From a bacterium (lineage in GTDB: Bacteria > Lernaellota > Lernaellaia > JACKCT01), in contig JAIOHV010000149.1 of NCBI GenBank assembly GCA_019912885.1, forward strand, positions 33,441 to 97,440: a stretch of 64,000 nucleotides of DNA, given 5' to 3'. Positions 37,744 through 47,646 of this stretch are shown here, one piece after another (positions within the stretch are counted from its first letter, which is position 1; the number at the start of each line of letters is the position of its first letter). The notes beneath the pieces were generated by a model, which was given only the letters and a program-made list of their open reading frames with translations, searched no databases and was not told the DNA's origin. A program made the position numbers and the translations under genes.

Positions 37744-37979
37744 GAGGATGTCCTTTCGATTCTTTTATCGGACGTCAGCGTAGCACGAAGAACGGGCGAA
37801 TCGCCAACGAAATGAACGCTGCGAATCAACCCATTGGGCGAACAAGCTTGATCCGGAGCGTTTGACTCCCATATCTTTCGCGCGACCGGGGCCGTCCCTG
37901 CCGCCGACGCTTGTCCGCCCGCGCGTGTCTGCTACGATCTATCAGCGCGGCGCGATCAAGCGCGCGCGACGGGAAAAAT

Positions 37980-39032
37980 ATGGGAGTGACGTCCATGGTC
38001 ATCGTGATGGATCGCTTCGCCACCGAAGAGCAAATCGAGGCGATTACGGAGAAGGTCCACAGGCTCGGGCTCGACGTGCACCGATCCGACGGCGTCGAGC
38101 AGACCGTTCTCGGTATCGTCGGGCAGGGCGGAAGCCTTTCGCGCGAGGACTTTCTTGTCATGGACGGGGTCGCGGACGTCGTCCGTATCTCCTCGCCCTA
38201 TAAACTGACGAGCCGCACGTTTCAGAAGGATAACACCATCGTCGATGTCGGCGGCGTGCCGATCGGCGGCGAAGAGGTCGTCGTCATGGCCGGCCCGTGC
38301 TCGGTGGAGTCCGAGGAGCAGATCGAGACGATCGCCCGCGCGGTTGCCGCGGCCGGCGCGCGCATCCTGCGAGGCGGTGCCTTCAAGCCGCGCAGCTCGC
38401 CGTATTCCTTCCAGGGCCTCGGCGAGGACGGACTGCGTTTCATGCGCCAGTCCGCGGACCGGCACGGCCTGAAAGTGGTTAGCGAGGTGATGGCCGCGGA
38501 GCAGATTCCGCTTCTTCTCGAATACGTGGACATGCTTCAGGTCGGTGCGCGGAACATGCAGAATTTTTCGCTGCTCACCGAACTCGGCAAGGCGCGCGTT
38601 CCGGTGCTTCTCAAGCGCGGCCTCTCCGCGACGATCGAGGAATGGCTGATGTCCGCGGAGTATCTTATGGCCGGCGGCAACGCCGGCGTCGTGCTGTGCG
38701 AGCGCGGCATCCGCTCGTTCGACTCGCAGACGCGCAACATCCTCGACCTCTCGTCGATTCCCGTCGTCAAGCGGCTCTCGCACCTGCCGATCGTCGCGGA
38801 CCCCAGCCACGGCACCGGTATCCGCGATTACGTCGCACCGCTCGCGCGCGCGTCCGTCGCGGTGGGCGCCGATGGCCTGATGGTCGAGGTGCACAACGAT
38901 CCGGACAACGCGCTCTCCGACGGCCCGCAATCCCTGTATCCGGATCAGTTCCGCACGCTGATGCGCCGTTGCCGCATCATCGCGACGACGCTCGGCCGGC
39001 GCGTGACGCCGGAAAGGGACGATGGCGTTTAA
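37980..39032 (+). CDS. aroG: 3-deoxy-7-phosphoheptulonate (DAHP) synthase, type I-beta with N-terminal ferredoxin-like regulatory domain
   Basis: KDO8PS/DAHPS I-beta motifs ([36 protein letters not shown]) preceded by a ~70-aa N-terminal extension, as in Thermotoga-type DAHPS. Confidence 0.85.
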   Translation: MGVTSMVIVMDRFATEEQIEAITEKVHRLGLDVHRSDGVEQTVLGIVGQGGSLSREDFLVMDGVADVVRISSPYKLTSRTFQKDNTIVDVGGVPIGGEEVVVMAGPCSVESEEQIETIARAVAAAGARILRGGAFKPRSSPYSFQGLGEDGLRFMRQSADRHGLKVVSEVMAAEQIPLLLEYVDMLQVGARNMQNFSLLTELGKARVPVLLKRGLSATIEEWLMSAEYLMAGGNAGVVLCERGIRSFDSQTRNILDLSSIPVVKRLSHLPIVADPSHGTGIRDYVAPLARASVAVGADGLMVEVHNDPDNALSDGPQSLYPDQFRTLMRRCRIIATTLGRRVTPERDDGV

Positions 39033-39912
39033 CACCGTCGCCATCGCGGGGCTCGGGCTTGTCGGCGGTTCCGTCGCGCTCGCGCTGCGCCAAGCGGCGC
39101 CGAACACCCGCATCCTCGGTTTCGATCTTCCCGCCCGACTCTCGCTTCTGCAAAACGCCCACGTCGCCGACGAGGTGGATGCCGTCGAGCATTTGCCCGA
39201 AAGGGCCGGCGACGCCGACCTTGTCTTCGTCGCCGTGCCGGCGGAGCACGTCGCGGAAGTCGTCGGCGCGCTTTCCGGCCGCGTGAAGGATCGCGCGATC
39301 GTCACGGACGTGGCGGGCGTGAAATCCGCGATTTGCGAGGCCGGCGGGCGCGCGCTCGGGCCGAAGATCTTCATCGGCGGCCATCCGATGGCGGGCGCCG
39401 AGGGGCAGGGCGTGCGTCGCGCGGATCCGCTCCTTTTTCGCGGGCGGCCCTGGCTATTATGCCCGCTTGCGGGTGTGAACCCCGAAAGCCTGCTCGATCT
39501 CATGGCGCTCGTCGAAAAATTCGGCGCGAAGCCCATGACGCTCGATCCGCCCGATCACGATCGACTGGTCGCGCTTGTGAGCCATTTGCCGCAACTTGTC
39601 GCGACCACACTGATGGCGGTTGTCGAGCGCGCGGGCCCGGATCGCGAAAACGCGCTGAAAATCGCCGGCCCGGCGTTTCGCGAGATCACGCGCGTGGCGG
39701 CCTCGGACTACTCGCAGTGGGAAGGAATATTGCGCCTGAACCGCGCGCCGATCTCCAAGGCGCTGGACGAACTCGAGGCCGCGCTGTCGGAATTGCGCAA
39801 GCGCCTGGCGGATGATGATCTTGCCCCGATGTGGCGCGAGGCCTCGGGGCGGCGGCGCAAGATGGTCGACCAGGGCTTCCGGCCGGCGACGCGCGCGCCG
39901 CGCGGCGAATAA
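39022..39912 (+). CDS. tyrA: Prephenate (or arogenate) dehydrogenase
   Basis: VAIAGLGLVGGSVALAL Rossmann fold plus the TyrA family core (GGHPMAG, HDRLVALVSHLPQL). Confidence 0.75.
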   Translation: MAFNTVAIAGLGLVGGSVALALRQAAPNTRILGFDLPARLSLLQNAHVADEVDAVEHLPERAGDADLVFVAVPAEHVAEVVGALSGRVKDRAIVTDVAGVKSAICEAGGRALGPKIFIGGHPMAGAEGQGVRRADPLLFRGRPWLLCPLAGVNPESLLDLMALVEKFGAKPMTLDPPDHDRLVALVSHLPQLVATTLMAVVERAGPDRENALKIAGPAFREITRVAASDYSQWEGILRLNRAPISKALDELEAALSELRKRLADDDLAPMWREASGRRRKMVDQGFRPATRAPRGE

Positions 39913-39929
39913 AACGCGAGGAGGAAAAC

Positions 39930-41270
39930 GTGTCGATCTCCGACCGGCTCTACGACATCGATCTTGACGCGGCGTCGCCCGTTCGTCGGCGCGTGGTGTT
40001 GATCGGGCAGGGGCTTGTCGAGGTCGGCCGCGAATTCAACAAGGACAACGTCGTCATCCGCGCGTCGGGCCTTGCGTACACGACGTTGCTGGCGCTCGTT
40101 CCTCTTTTGACCATCGTGTTTTCGATGTTCACCGCGTTTGCCGCGTTTCAGGACATTCGCGAAAACCTCCAGGCGACGCTGTTCAGCTATTTCATGCCCG
40201 CGCAAAGCGACCAGATCATGGAGTACATGAACAGCTTCATGTCGAACACGACGACGCTGACGCTGTTCGGCACGATCGGTCTCCTTGTCACGACGATCAT
40301 GCTGTTTCAGAACATCGAAAAAACGATCAACGCGCTCTGGCACGTGACGGACACGCGCAGCCTCGTGCAACGATTCATCGTCTTTACGGCGGTGCTCGTG
40401 TGGGGAACCGCCTTTATCGGCGCCGGATTTTACATGACCGGCAAGATCCGCGCGTCGCTGCACCTGGACGTGGCCGGTCAGATCGGGTTTTTCGGCGTGA
40501 CGTTCGCCTCTCTCGCGCCGCTCCTGCTTTCCGTTTTCGCGTTCGCGATGTTCATGATCGTCGTTCCTTCCGTGAAGGTGCGTTTCAGGAGCGCGCTCGT
40601 CGGCGGCGTGACGGGCGCGGCGCTCTGGGAGATCGCCAAGGGATTTTTCGCCAACTGGGCCACCGGCGCGGTGAACTATTCCGTCATCTACGGATCGCTC
40701 GCCCTGATTCCGATCTTCCTGATTTGGCTCTACCTCACCTGGATCATCGTGCTGTTCGCGACGGAAGTGACCTACGTGCATCAGAATTTCAATGCGCTGA
40801 TGCGGCGGCGAGAACAAAAGGATTGCTCGCTGCGCGAGCGGATCTATTACGCCCTGCGAACCTACCTTTTCATCGCGGCGCGGTTCAAACGCGGTGACGG
40901 TCCGGCGTCCATTGACGAAATCCAGGAAGACGTACCGGTGGCGGTCGAGGTTCTGCACGACACGCTCGACAAGTTCGTCGCCGCGAAGATCATCGCGCCG
41001 GTCGAGCATCCGGCGGGCTCGTATCTGCCCGCGCGCGATCTGGCCGACGTGCGCGTGCACGATGTGATCGCCGCGGTTTACACCCCCGAGGGCGAGGAGG
41101 AATCGATCGACGGCGACGGCGAACTTGGCGCACGCGAGTCGATCGAACTCATGCGCCGATTCGAGGCGGCGGGCTTCGGCGCGGTCGGCGAAGTCTCCAT
41201 CGCGCGCGCCATCGAGGACGCTCGCGGCGCGAGCGCGTCAAACCCGCCCCCCGCGGGGACCCGCGCCTAG
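39930..41270 (+). CDS. YihY/BrkB (ribonuclease BN-like) family inner-membrane protein
   Basis: GTG start after GAGGAGG. Six TM helices with the YihY signature region LAYTTLLALVPLL...IWLYLTWIIVLFATEV. Confidence 0.7.
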   Translation: MSISDRLYDIDLDAASPVRRRVVLIGQGLVEVGREFNKDNVVIRASGLAYTTLLALVPLLTIVFSMFTAFAAFQDIRENLQATLFSYFMPAQSDQIMEYMNSFMSNTTTLTLFGTIGLLVTTIMLFQNIEKTINALWHVTDTRSLVQRFIVFTAVLVWGTAFIGAGFYMTGKIRASLHLDVAGQIGFFGVTFASLAPLLLSVFAFAMFMIVVPSVKVRFRSALVGGVTGAALWEIAKGFFANWATGAVNYSVIYGSLALIPIFLIWLYLTWIIVLFATEVTYVHQNFNALMRRREQKDCSLRERIYYALRTYLFIAARFKRGDGPASIDEIQEDVPVAVEVLHDTLDKFVAAKIIAPVEHPAGSYLPARDLADVRVHDVIAAVYTPEGEEESIDGDGELGARESIELMRRFEAAGFGAVGEVSIARAIEDARGASASNPPPAGTRA

Positions 41271-42409
41271 TTCGACAAAGTCTCGTCGTAATAAACGATC
41301 GCGTGGAAGAGCGCGTTGGCGATCTCGTCCTGCACGGCGGGATTGGCGAGTGCCGCGGCCTCGTACGGATTGCTGACGAAACCGACCTCGACAAGAATCG
41401 CGGGAATCTTCGACCCCACCAGAACGAAAAACGGCGCCTGTTTCACGCCGCGATTCGGTAGACGCAGCGTCTGCACCATGCGCCGCTGCACCGCGGCCGC
41501 GAGCTTTTCCGAAGCCTTCATGTTTTCGGCCGATACGAGGTCGATGAGGATGCGTTTCAGATCGTCGCCCTCGGCCAGCGCGGCAAACGGTGACGTGGGA
41601 TCGAGCGACGCGACGCGGTTTTCCTCCGCGGCGATGCGCGCGGCCTGACGATCCGTTGCCTCGAACGCGAGGAAATACGTCTCGAGCCCCGTCGCGGCGC
41701 GGTTGGTCGATCCATTGGCGTGGATGCACAGGAACAGTTCGGCGCCGGCGCGGTTGCCGATCGCGGTCCGTTCGCCGAGGGGGATGAAAACGTCCGTTTC
41801 GCGCGTCATGACGACATCGATTTCAAAATCCTCGACGAGGCGATCGCGCACCTTTTTCGCGATCGCGAGGTTGATGTCCTTTTCGTTGATCCCCGTCGGC
41901 GAGCGCGCGCCGGTGTCGTGCCCGCCATGACCGGCATCGACGACAACGCGCCGGATGTTGCGCGCCTGAAAAAGATTCGCGGCAAGATCCGGCACCGGCG
42001 TCGGGCGGATCGACGCGAGCGTCAGCGGCTTGCCCAAAAGCTCCGGCAATGCGCGCTCGATTAGTTCCGTCGGCGCGAAGAGCGTCCCGTTGATGTAGCG
42101 CGGCGGCGTTTGCATGCGATACGTGCGCGTTCCGGCGAGCACGAACGGCGTCCCCGGCGCGACGACAAGAAAGGCGTCGGCAAGGCGGGCGGTGAGTTTC
42201 TCGTTGCGGGCCTGCCAGTCAAACGACAGTTCCAGCGCGTTCAATAACTCCGGCACCGAAACGTACGTCGTGCCGTCAAGCGCGTGCACGTCGGCAAGCG
42301 TCACCGCCTCGCCGCCGTCGATCGAAAGGCGCGCGCCGGCGTGGGCGATCGGTGGATTGAAGCCTGGAGCGGCAATCGCCACAAGAAAGGCAAAAACGAA
42401 TTTTTTCAT
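41267..42409 (-). CDS. N-acetylmuramoyl-L-alanine amidase (Amidase_3, AmiC-like), secreted
   Basis: Signal peptide MKKFVFAFLVAIAAP. Amidase_3 motifs VVVDAGHGGHDTGA...ELFLCIHANGS...ILVEVGFVSN. Confidence 0.8.
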   Translation of the reverse strand: MKKFVFAFLVAIAAPGFNPPIAHAGARLSIDGGEAVTLADVHALDGTTYVSVPELLNALELSFDWQARNEKLTARLADAFLVVAPGTPFVLAGTRTYRMQTPPRYINGTLFAPTELIERALPELLGKPLTLASIRPTPVPDLAANLFQARNIRRVVVDAGHGGHDTGARSPTGINEKDINLAIAKKVRDRLVEDFEIDVVMTRETDVFIPLGERTAIGNRAGAELFLCIHANGSTNRAATGLETYFLAFEATDRQAARIAAEENRVASLDPTSPFAALAEGDDLKRILIDLVSAENMKASEKLAAAVQRRMVQTLRLPNRGVKQAPFFVLVGSKIPAILVEVGFVSNPYEAAALANPAVQDEIANALFHAIVYYDETLSN

Positions 42410-42603
42410 TCCACTGGTGCGGATTCTCCGTCTTTCGCGAGACTACCCAAATAGCAGCGAATGGCATCTTGCGCCATCTCGCGCGCCTCATCCAAGGAAT
42501 CGCCTTCCGTGACGCAGCCTGGTAGCGCCGGCACCGTGACGGTGTATCCGCCTTCCTCGGCGGGTTCAAAAACGACGCTATATGAAAGAATCTTTTCAAC
42601 CAC
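42406..42603 (-). CDS. HicB-like (UPF0150) antitoxin-family small protein, no HicA partner detected
   Basis: YSVVFEPAEEGGYTVTVPALPGCVTEGDSLDEAREMAQDAIRCYL is a classical HicB N-domain. Probable GTG start at 42603. Stop overlaps the amidase start. Confidence 0.5.
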   Translation of the reverse strand: MVEKILSYSVVFEPAEEGGYTVTVPALPGCVTEGDSLDEAREMAQDAIRCYLGSLAKDGESAPVE

Positions 42604-42783
42604 CTGCTTGGCTCCGTATGGATGCTGAATCGAATACGAGTCCGCGCGCGAATCCACCGCAGTATCGGAAACGGGAAGGCGGACAGCAAGGAGGGAGCCG
42701 GCAACTCCGCGCAATCCTCGATCCTCCCCCCTTCGTTGTGTTTCGAAGTTCCGTTGATATAATCCGCGCCGATTTTTCGCCCC

Positions 42784-44391
42784 ATGAAAAAACTTTCTCC
42801 CGAATCGATCGACGCGATCAAAAAGAGCTGGCCGGCCGCGCTTGGCGGATTGGCCTATTTGCTCGCGTTTCCGACGTTCAATCTCTGGCCGCTCGCGTTT
42901 ATCGCCATCGCGCCGACCATCGGTCTCGTGGACCGCGCGGCGACGAACAAGCGGGCGTTCTGGTTCGCCTTCGTCGGCGGATTCGTCGCGAACGCCGGCA
43001 AGCTCTACTGGCTCGTCTACACGATCAACCATTACGGCCACTTCCCGCTGCCTGCCGCGCTGCTTGTCTTCGGGCTGTTATGCGCGACACTTGGCTCGTT
43101 CTGGGGCGGCGCGTTTGTCGCGGGCCGCTTTCTGGTCCGATCCGGCAACGTGCCACGCTTCGCCGCGTATGCCCTGGCGTGGATGTTCCACGAGTGGTGG
43201 CTGACCTGGTTCCTGACGGGTTTTCCATGGGAGCTGCTCGGCCACGTTTTCATCGCCGCGCTCCCGTTCGCACAGATCGCGGACGTTTTCGGCGGTATCG
43301 CGCTTTCGTTCCCCGTCATCTTCGGAAACGCGCTCGCCTACGAAATCTGGCGCGCGTGGAAAGGCGAGCGTGCCTGGCCGATCGCCCAGGCGGGCGTGCT
43401 TGCCGCCATGCTGGCGATCATGGCGGGATACGGCTTTTGGCGCATGCCGCAAATCGATCGCCTGATGGCCAAGGGCGACGTCATTCGCGTCGGCATGTTG
43501 CAGGGCAACACGGACCAGAACGCGAAATGGAACGCCGACTATCGCAACGACATCCTGCGCACCTATCGCGTGCAGGCCACGCAGGTCGTGAGCGAGGGTG
43601 CGGACCTCGTGCTGATGCCGGAAACGGCGCTTCCGAACTGGCAGGAGCAGGGCCGCCGCTTCCGAAGCCCCCTGAGGCGCTTTCTCAAGGACCTCGATAC
43701 GCACCTGCTTCTCGCGGTGCCGACGCGCGTGGAGAATCCGGAGGACCGCGACTGGCCGTACAAATACAACTCGACGGTCCTTGTCGGTCCGGACGGCGAG
43801 ATCGCCAGCGATTGGTACAACAAACACCGGCTCGTGCCATTCGGCGAGTACCTACCGCTGAAAAAGCTGTCCGTTCCGCTTGTGAAGTGGCTTCGTTCGT
43901 GGAAGGCGCTCGCGGGGCTCCGGCTGTCCGCCGGGTTTTACAAGGGTGAGGAATACATCGTCTTTCCACATCCGAAGGGGCGCTTTGGCCTTGCCATCTG
44001 CTACGAGATCATCTACCCGGGCATCGTCCGCACCATCGCCGGGATGGACACCGCGTTCATGGCGACGATCACGAACGACGCGTGGTTCGGCGATACGACC
44101 GCGCCGCACCAGCATTGGGCGCAGGTGCAAATGCGCGCCATCGAGACGCGCCGCTGGTTCGCGCGCTCGGCGAATACGGGCATCTCCGGCATCGTGGACG
44201 CTAACGGCCGCACCATTTCGCAGACCCCGACCTACGTCGCCACGACGCACATCGGCGAGGTGACGACGATGGACACGATTTCGCCGTATTTGCGGATCGG
44301 GGACGCGTTCCTGTATCTTTGCGTGGCGATATTTTTCGCGCTGTTCGTCAAGACCTTACTGGGCTCGCGCCGAGCCCCCCGGAGCGCATAA
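42784..44391 (+). CDS. lnt: Apolipoprotein N-acyltransferase
   Basis: N-terminal polytopic membrane domain plus C-terminal nitrilase-like CN-hydrolase domain (LVLMPETA...GLAICYEIIYP...NDAWFG). 535 aa. Confidence 0.85.
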   Translation: MKKLSPESIDAIKKSWPAALGGLAYLLAFPTFNLWPLAFIAIAPTIGLVDRAATNKRAFWFAFVGGFVANAGKLYWLVYTINHYGHFPLPAALLVFGLLCATLGSFWGGAFVAGRFLVRSGNVPRFAAYALAWMFHEWWLTWFLTGFPWELLGHVFIAALPFAQIADVFGGIALSFPVIFGNALAYEIWRAWKGERAWPIAQAGVLAAMLAIMAGYGFWRMPQIDRLMAKGDVIRVGMLQGNTDQNAKWNADYRNDILRTYRVQATQVVSEGADLVLMPETALPNWQEQGRRFRSPLRRFLKDLDTHLLLAVPTRVENPEDRDWPYKYNSTVLVGPDGEIASDWYNKHRLVPFGEYLPLKKLSVPLVKWLRSWKALAGLRLSAGFYKGEEYIVFPHPKGRFGLAICYEIIYPGIVRTIAGMDTAFMATITNDAWFGDTTAPHQHWAQVQMRAIETRRWFARSANTGISGIVDANGRTISQTPTYVATTHIGEVTTMDTISPYLRIGDAFLYLCVAIFFALFVKTLLGSRRAPRSA

Positions 44392-45544
44392 ATGGAATAC
44401 GAAACCCGCGAACGCCTGGACGACCTGACCCGCCGCATCGAAGACATCCGGGGGTATCTTTGACGTCGCGGCGCTGACCCGCGAGTTGGAGGACATCGAC
44501 AAGCGAACGCTCGTCGAAGGGTTCTGGCAAGACGTAACGACCGCCAACCAGGTCATGAAACGCAAAAAGGAAGTCGAAGGTTCGCTCAAGCGCGCCGAGA
44601 CGCTTGTCGCGAAGCTCGACGACGTGCGCACCGCATTCGAACTCATCGAGGAGGCGCCCGACCGCGAATTGGCCAGGGAAGCCGAGTCGAGCCTGAACGC
44701 GCTTGAGACCGCGGTCACCGACGCCGAGATCGCCATGCTCTTCGACGAGCCGGCCGACAGCTCGGATGCGATCTGTGAAATCAACGCGGGCGCCGGCGGC
44801 ACCGAGGCGCAGGATTGGGCGTCGATGCTCCTTCGCATGTACACGCGCTGGGCGGAGCAGCGCGGGTTCGCGGTCGAGATGTTCGACACGCAGCCCGGCG
44901 AAGAGGCCGGCATCAAATCGGCCACGTTCAACATTCGCGGTCCGAACGCCTACGGTTTGCTGAAAGCGGAGGCGGGCGTGCATCGCCTGGTGCGTATCAG
45001 CCCGTTTGACGCCAACGCGCGCCGTCACACGAGCTTCGCGAGCTTTTTCGTCTTCCCCGATATCGAGGAAGACATCGACATCGAGATCGAGGACAAGGAC
45101 CTTCGGATCGACACGTTCCGCGCGTCGGGCGCGGGCGGCCAGCACGTCAACAAGACCTCGTCGGCCATCCGCATCACGCACTTCCCGACGGGCATCGTCG
45201 TGCAGTGCCAGAACGAACGCAGCCAGCACAAGAACAAGGCGTTCGCGATGAAGGTGCTGAAAGCGCGCCTGTATCAACTCGAGGAGCAGAAGCGCCAGGC
45301 GGAGCGCGCCAAACTTGCGTCCGACAAGATGGAGATTGGCTTTGGCAGCCAGATTCGCTCGTACGTGCTGCAACCGTATCGCCTGGCCAAGGACCACCGC
45401 ACCAACCGCGAAATCGGCGACGTGACAAGCGTACTCGACGGACGGCTCGACGAGTTCATCTACGAATATCTGATGTCGCGCAAGAAGGGCTCATCGACGC
45501 CCGCGCCTCCGACGAAAAACGGGGCGGAAGCACGCCCCTCGTAA
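44392..45544 (+). CDS. prfB: Peptide chain release factor 2, with programmed +1 ribosomal frameshift at codon 24 (CTT TGA C, nt 44458-44464)
   Basis: ORF0 MEYETRERLDDLTRRIEDIRGYL-stop; internal SD-like GGGGG then CTT TGA C. The +1 frame continues DVAALTRELEDIDKRTL... with SPF and GGQ motifs (RASGAGGQHVNKT). Confidence 0.9.
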
Positions 45545-45567
45545 GCTTCATATTCGTCGTGGCGCCG

Positions 45568-47292
45568 TTAGCAAGCCCCACTTGATTGCGGCACCAGGAT
45601 GAGCGCGTCGCCGCTGTTCATCCACACGGTCGCCGGCGCGGCGGAAGCGTCGCCGTTAGCATCAAGCGCGCACCAACCGCTTCCGACGCTGTAATCCACG
45701 CCGCCGCGCTGGCCGTCCATGCGCACGACCACCTCGGCGGTCGTGCCGTGCAGGCCCTCGAAGCGCCGGCGGAAGATGCCGTCGTGCTGCTCCCACGCCG
45801 GGCCGGCCGGTTCGCCGATATTCTTTTCGAAGATCCCGAACCACACCGAGTCCTTCAGCGGCTCGTACGGATTCCACGCGGGTTTGATGACGAATACATC
45901 GCGGCCGTTGCGGAACATGTAATACGCGGCGAGATAAAACATCAGCTCGTCAGCGTCCGGGTTCGAACTGCCGCCGTTATAGAACGTCTCGAGCGCGAGG
46001 AAGCTGCCCTCGGCCGCGAGCTTCTCCGACGTGTCGATGATTGAACGCATGCGATCCGGCGTGTTGAGATTACCCCAGTCCGGGTGATGCAACGCCGACT
46101 CGCACCACGGGCCGACGTCCTTGCTCGCCAGGTCCGCGACCATATCGACCGAGCCGTCCCACGAGCAATACGCGCCGCTGTTGAAGACGAAGCGCGCCTC
46201 GGAGTGCGTCTTTTGGACTTCGAATCGGATGTGGGCCATCAGGTCGCGCACGCCGCCAAGCCACCAGTCGTTCATCTTGTCCCAGTTCGCCTCGACATCG
46301 TTTGGGATCTCCAGGACGTCATTCGGCGTCAGGAAGTTCGGCAGGTAATAGCTGTCCTCTTCCTCGATCGGGCCGCCGATGTTGTCGTAGCCGACACCGC
46401 CGAAGCCTTCGACCTCCACGGCGCGTTTTGCGCGCCACGCGTTGTAATCCTTGCCGCAGCCGCTGGTGATGTCGATGAGCCAGACGTATTCGTCCCAGAC
46501 GAGCGTCTTGATGCGCGCGTCCGTCATGGTCGCGGCGCTGCCCTGGTAACCCTTTTGCCAGAGCTCCACCCAGCATCCGTGTGCGTGCCAGCGCGCCTCG
46601 ATCAGGCCGTCGTTTTTCGCATGGAGAAAACAGCTCTCGCCGTCTCCGTGCTGCGGGTAGGCGTTTAGAAATTCGCCGAACTCCGCCACGCGCGCGTCGA
46701 ACGTCTGGTCCTTCTCGCCGATGATGGGATCGGCGCAGCTTCCGCTGCTCTCGTTCGTAAGGAACAAATGCGCGAGGTCCCACTTGAGCCAGGACCCCTG
46801 GGGATTCGCGTTACGCAGCGCTTCCCAGGCCATCTCGGTGCCTTCGTCGTTGTAATTGATGATGGCCAGATCGACGTTCTCGGCCGCCCAGGCGGTGTCT
46901 TCCTGGAAGATTTCGCCTTCGTAGCCGCCGAGGTCGTAGTAGTAGTGGAAATGCACGATGCCGTAGTTCAGGGCGTCGGCGTTTTCCTCCCAGGGCGGAA
47001 TCACGTCGTCATCGTCGTCGCCGAAATCGTCGTCATCCGGGACATCGTCGTCATCGCCGCTGTCGTCGTCATCGCCGGCATCGTCATCGTTTCCCTGCGA
47101 AGCGTCATCGTCTCCGGAGGTGGTGTCGTCATCCGCGGGGGAATCGTGGCCGGGGTCAACGCCGGCGGAATCGTTTCCCGATCCGTCGGAGCCCCGTGAC
47201 GCGGACGATTCCTCTCCGGAAAAGCAGCTGGTTGTTGCGAGGAGAAAAACGGCAAGAAGCGCGACGGGGACGAACAAGGACAGGCGTTGCAT
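45568..47292 (-). CDS. Lipoprotein with ~60-aa poly-Asp linker and C-terminal hydrolase-like (possible TIM-barrel glycoside-hydrolase-like) domain
   Basis: MQRLSLFVPVALLAVFLLATTSC lipobox, then DDDTTSGDDDASQGNDDDAGDDDDSGDDDDVPDDDDFGDDDDD, then a ~470-aa domain without a confident family match. Confidence 0.5.
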   Translation of the reverse strand: MQRLSLFVPVALLAVFLLATTSCFSGEESSASRGSDGSGNDSAGVDPGHDSPADDDTTSGDDDASQGNDDDAGDDDDSGDDDDVPDDDDFGDDDDDVIPPWEENADALNYGIVHFHYYYDLGGYEGEIFQEDTAWAAENVDLAIINYNDEGTEMAWEALRNANPQGSWLKWDLAHLFLTNESSGSCADPIIGEKDQTFDARVAEFGEFLNAYPQHGDGESCFLHAKNDGLIEARWHAHGCWVELWQKGYQGSAATMTDARIKTLVWDEYVWLIDITSGCGKDYNAWRAKRAVEVEGFGGVGYDNIGGPIEEEDSYYLPNFLTPNDVLEIPNDVEANWDKMNDWWLGGVRDLMAHIRFEVQKTHSEARFVFNSGAYCSWDGSVDMVADLASKDVGPWCESALHHPDWGNLNTPDRMRSIIDTSEKLAAEGSFLALETFYNGGSSNPDADELMFYLAAYYMFRNGRDVFVIKPAWNPYEPLKDSVWFGIFEKNIGEPAGPAWEQHDGIFRRRFEGLHGTTAEVVVRMDGQRGGVDYSVGSGWCALDANGDASAAPATVWMNSGDALILVPQSSGAC

Positions 47293-47646
47293 GGGCTTCC
47301 TTCGTGCCGGGATCAAACACCGCGCGTCGCTCGCGGCCCTGCGCCCGCAGGTTGGGATTCCAATCTATTCTAATTAGCGATTCTCGCCCCGAAGGGCAAA
47401 CAAGCCAACATAGCATAAATCGACATCGCGCGCGAAATATTTAGCGGAATTCGGCGAATTTGCGTTAGCAGGGGGGCATATTTATGCCGCGATCGCAGTA
47501 CGAGTCCTTTTCGAAACGTTATACCGGGCCGCCGAATCGTACATTCCTACCGGGATGATACTTTCTCCCGCCGGCCGGATCGGCTGCGATTGCGCGCCTT
47601 CGGCGGCGCGCCTATATTCAGGTTCGCCACAAAATGGAGTTCGGTT

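Noticed and set aside
42604-42783. HicA toxin gene upstream of hicB
   Set aside because: None of the three minus-strand frames gives a HicA-like sequence. The in-frame upstream ORF is low-complexity (RRGEDRGLRG...).
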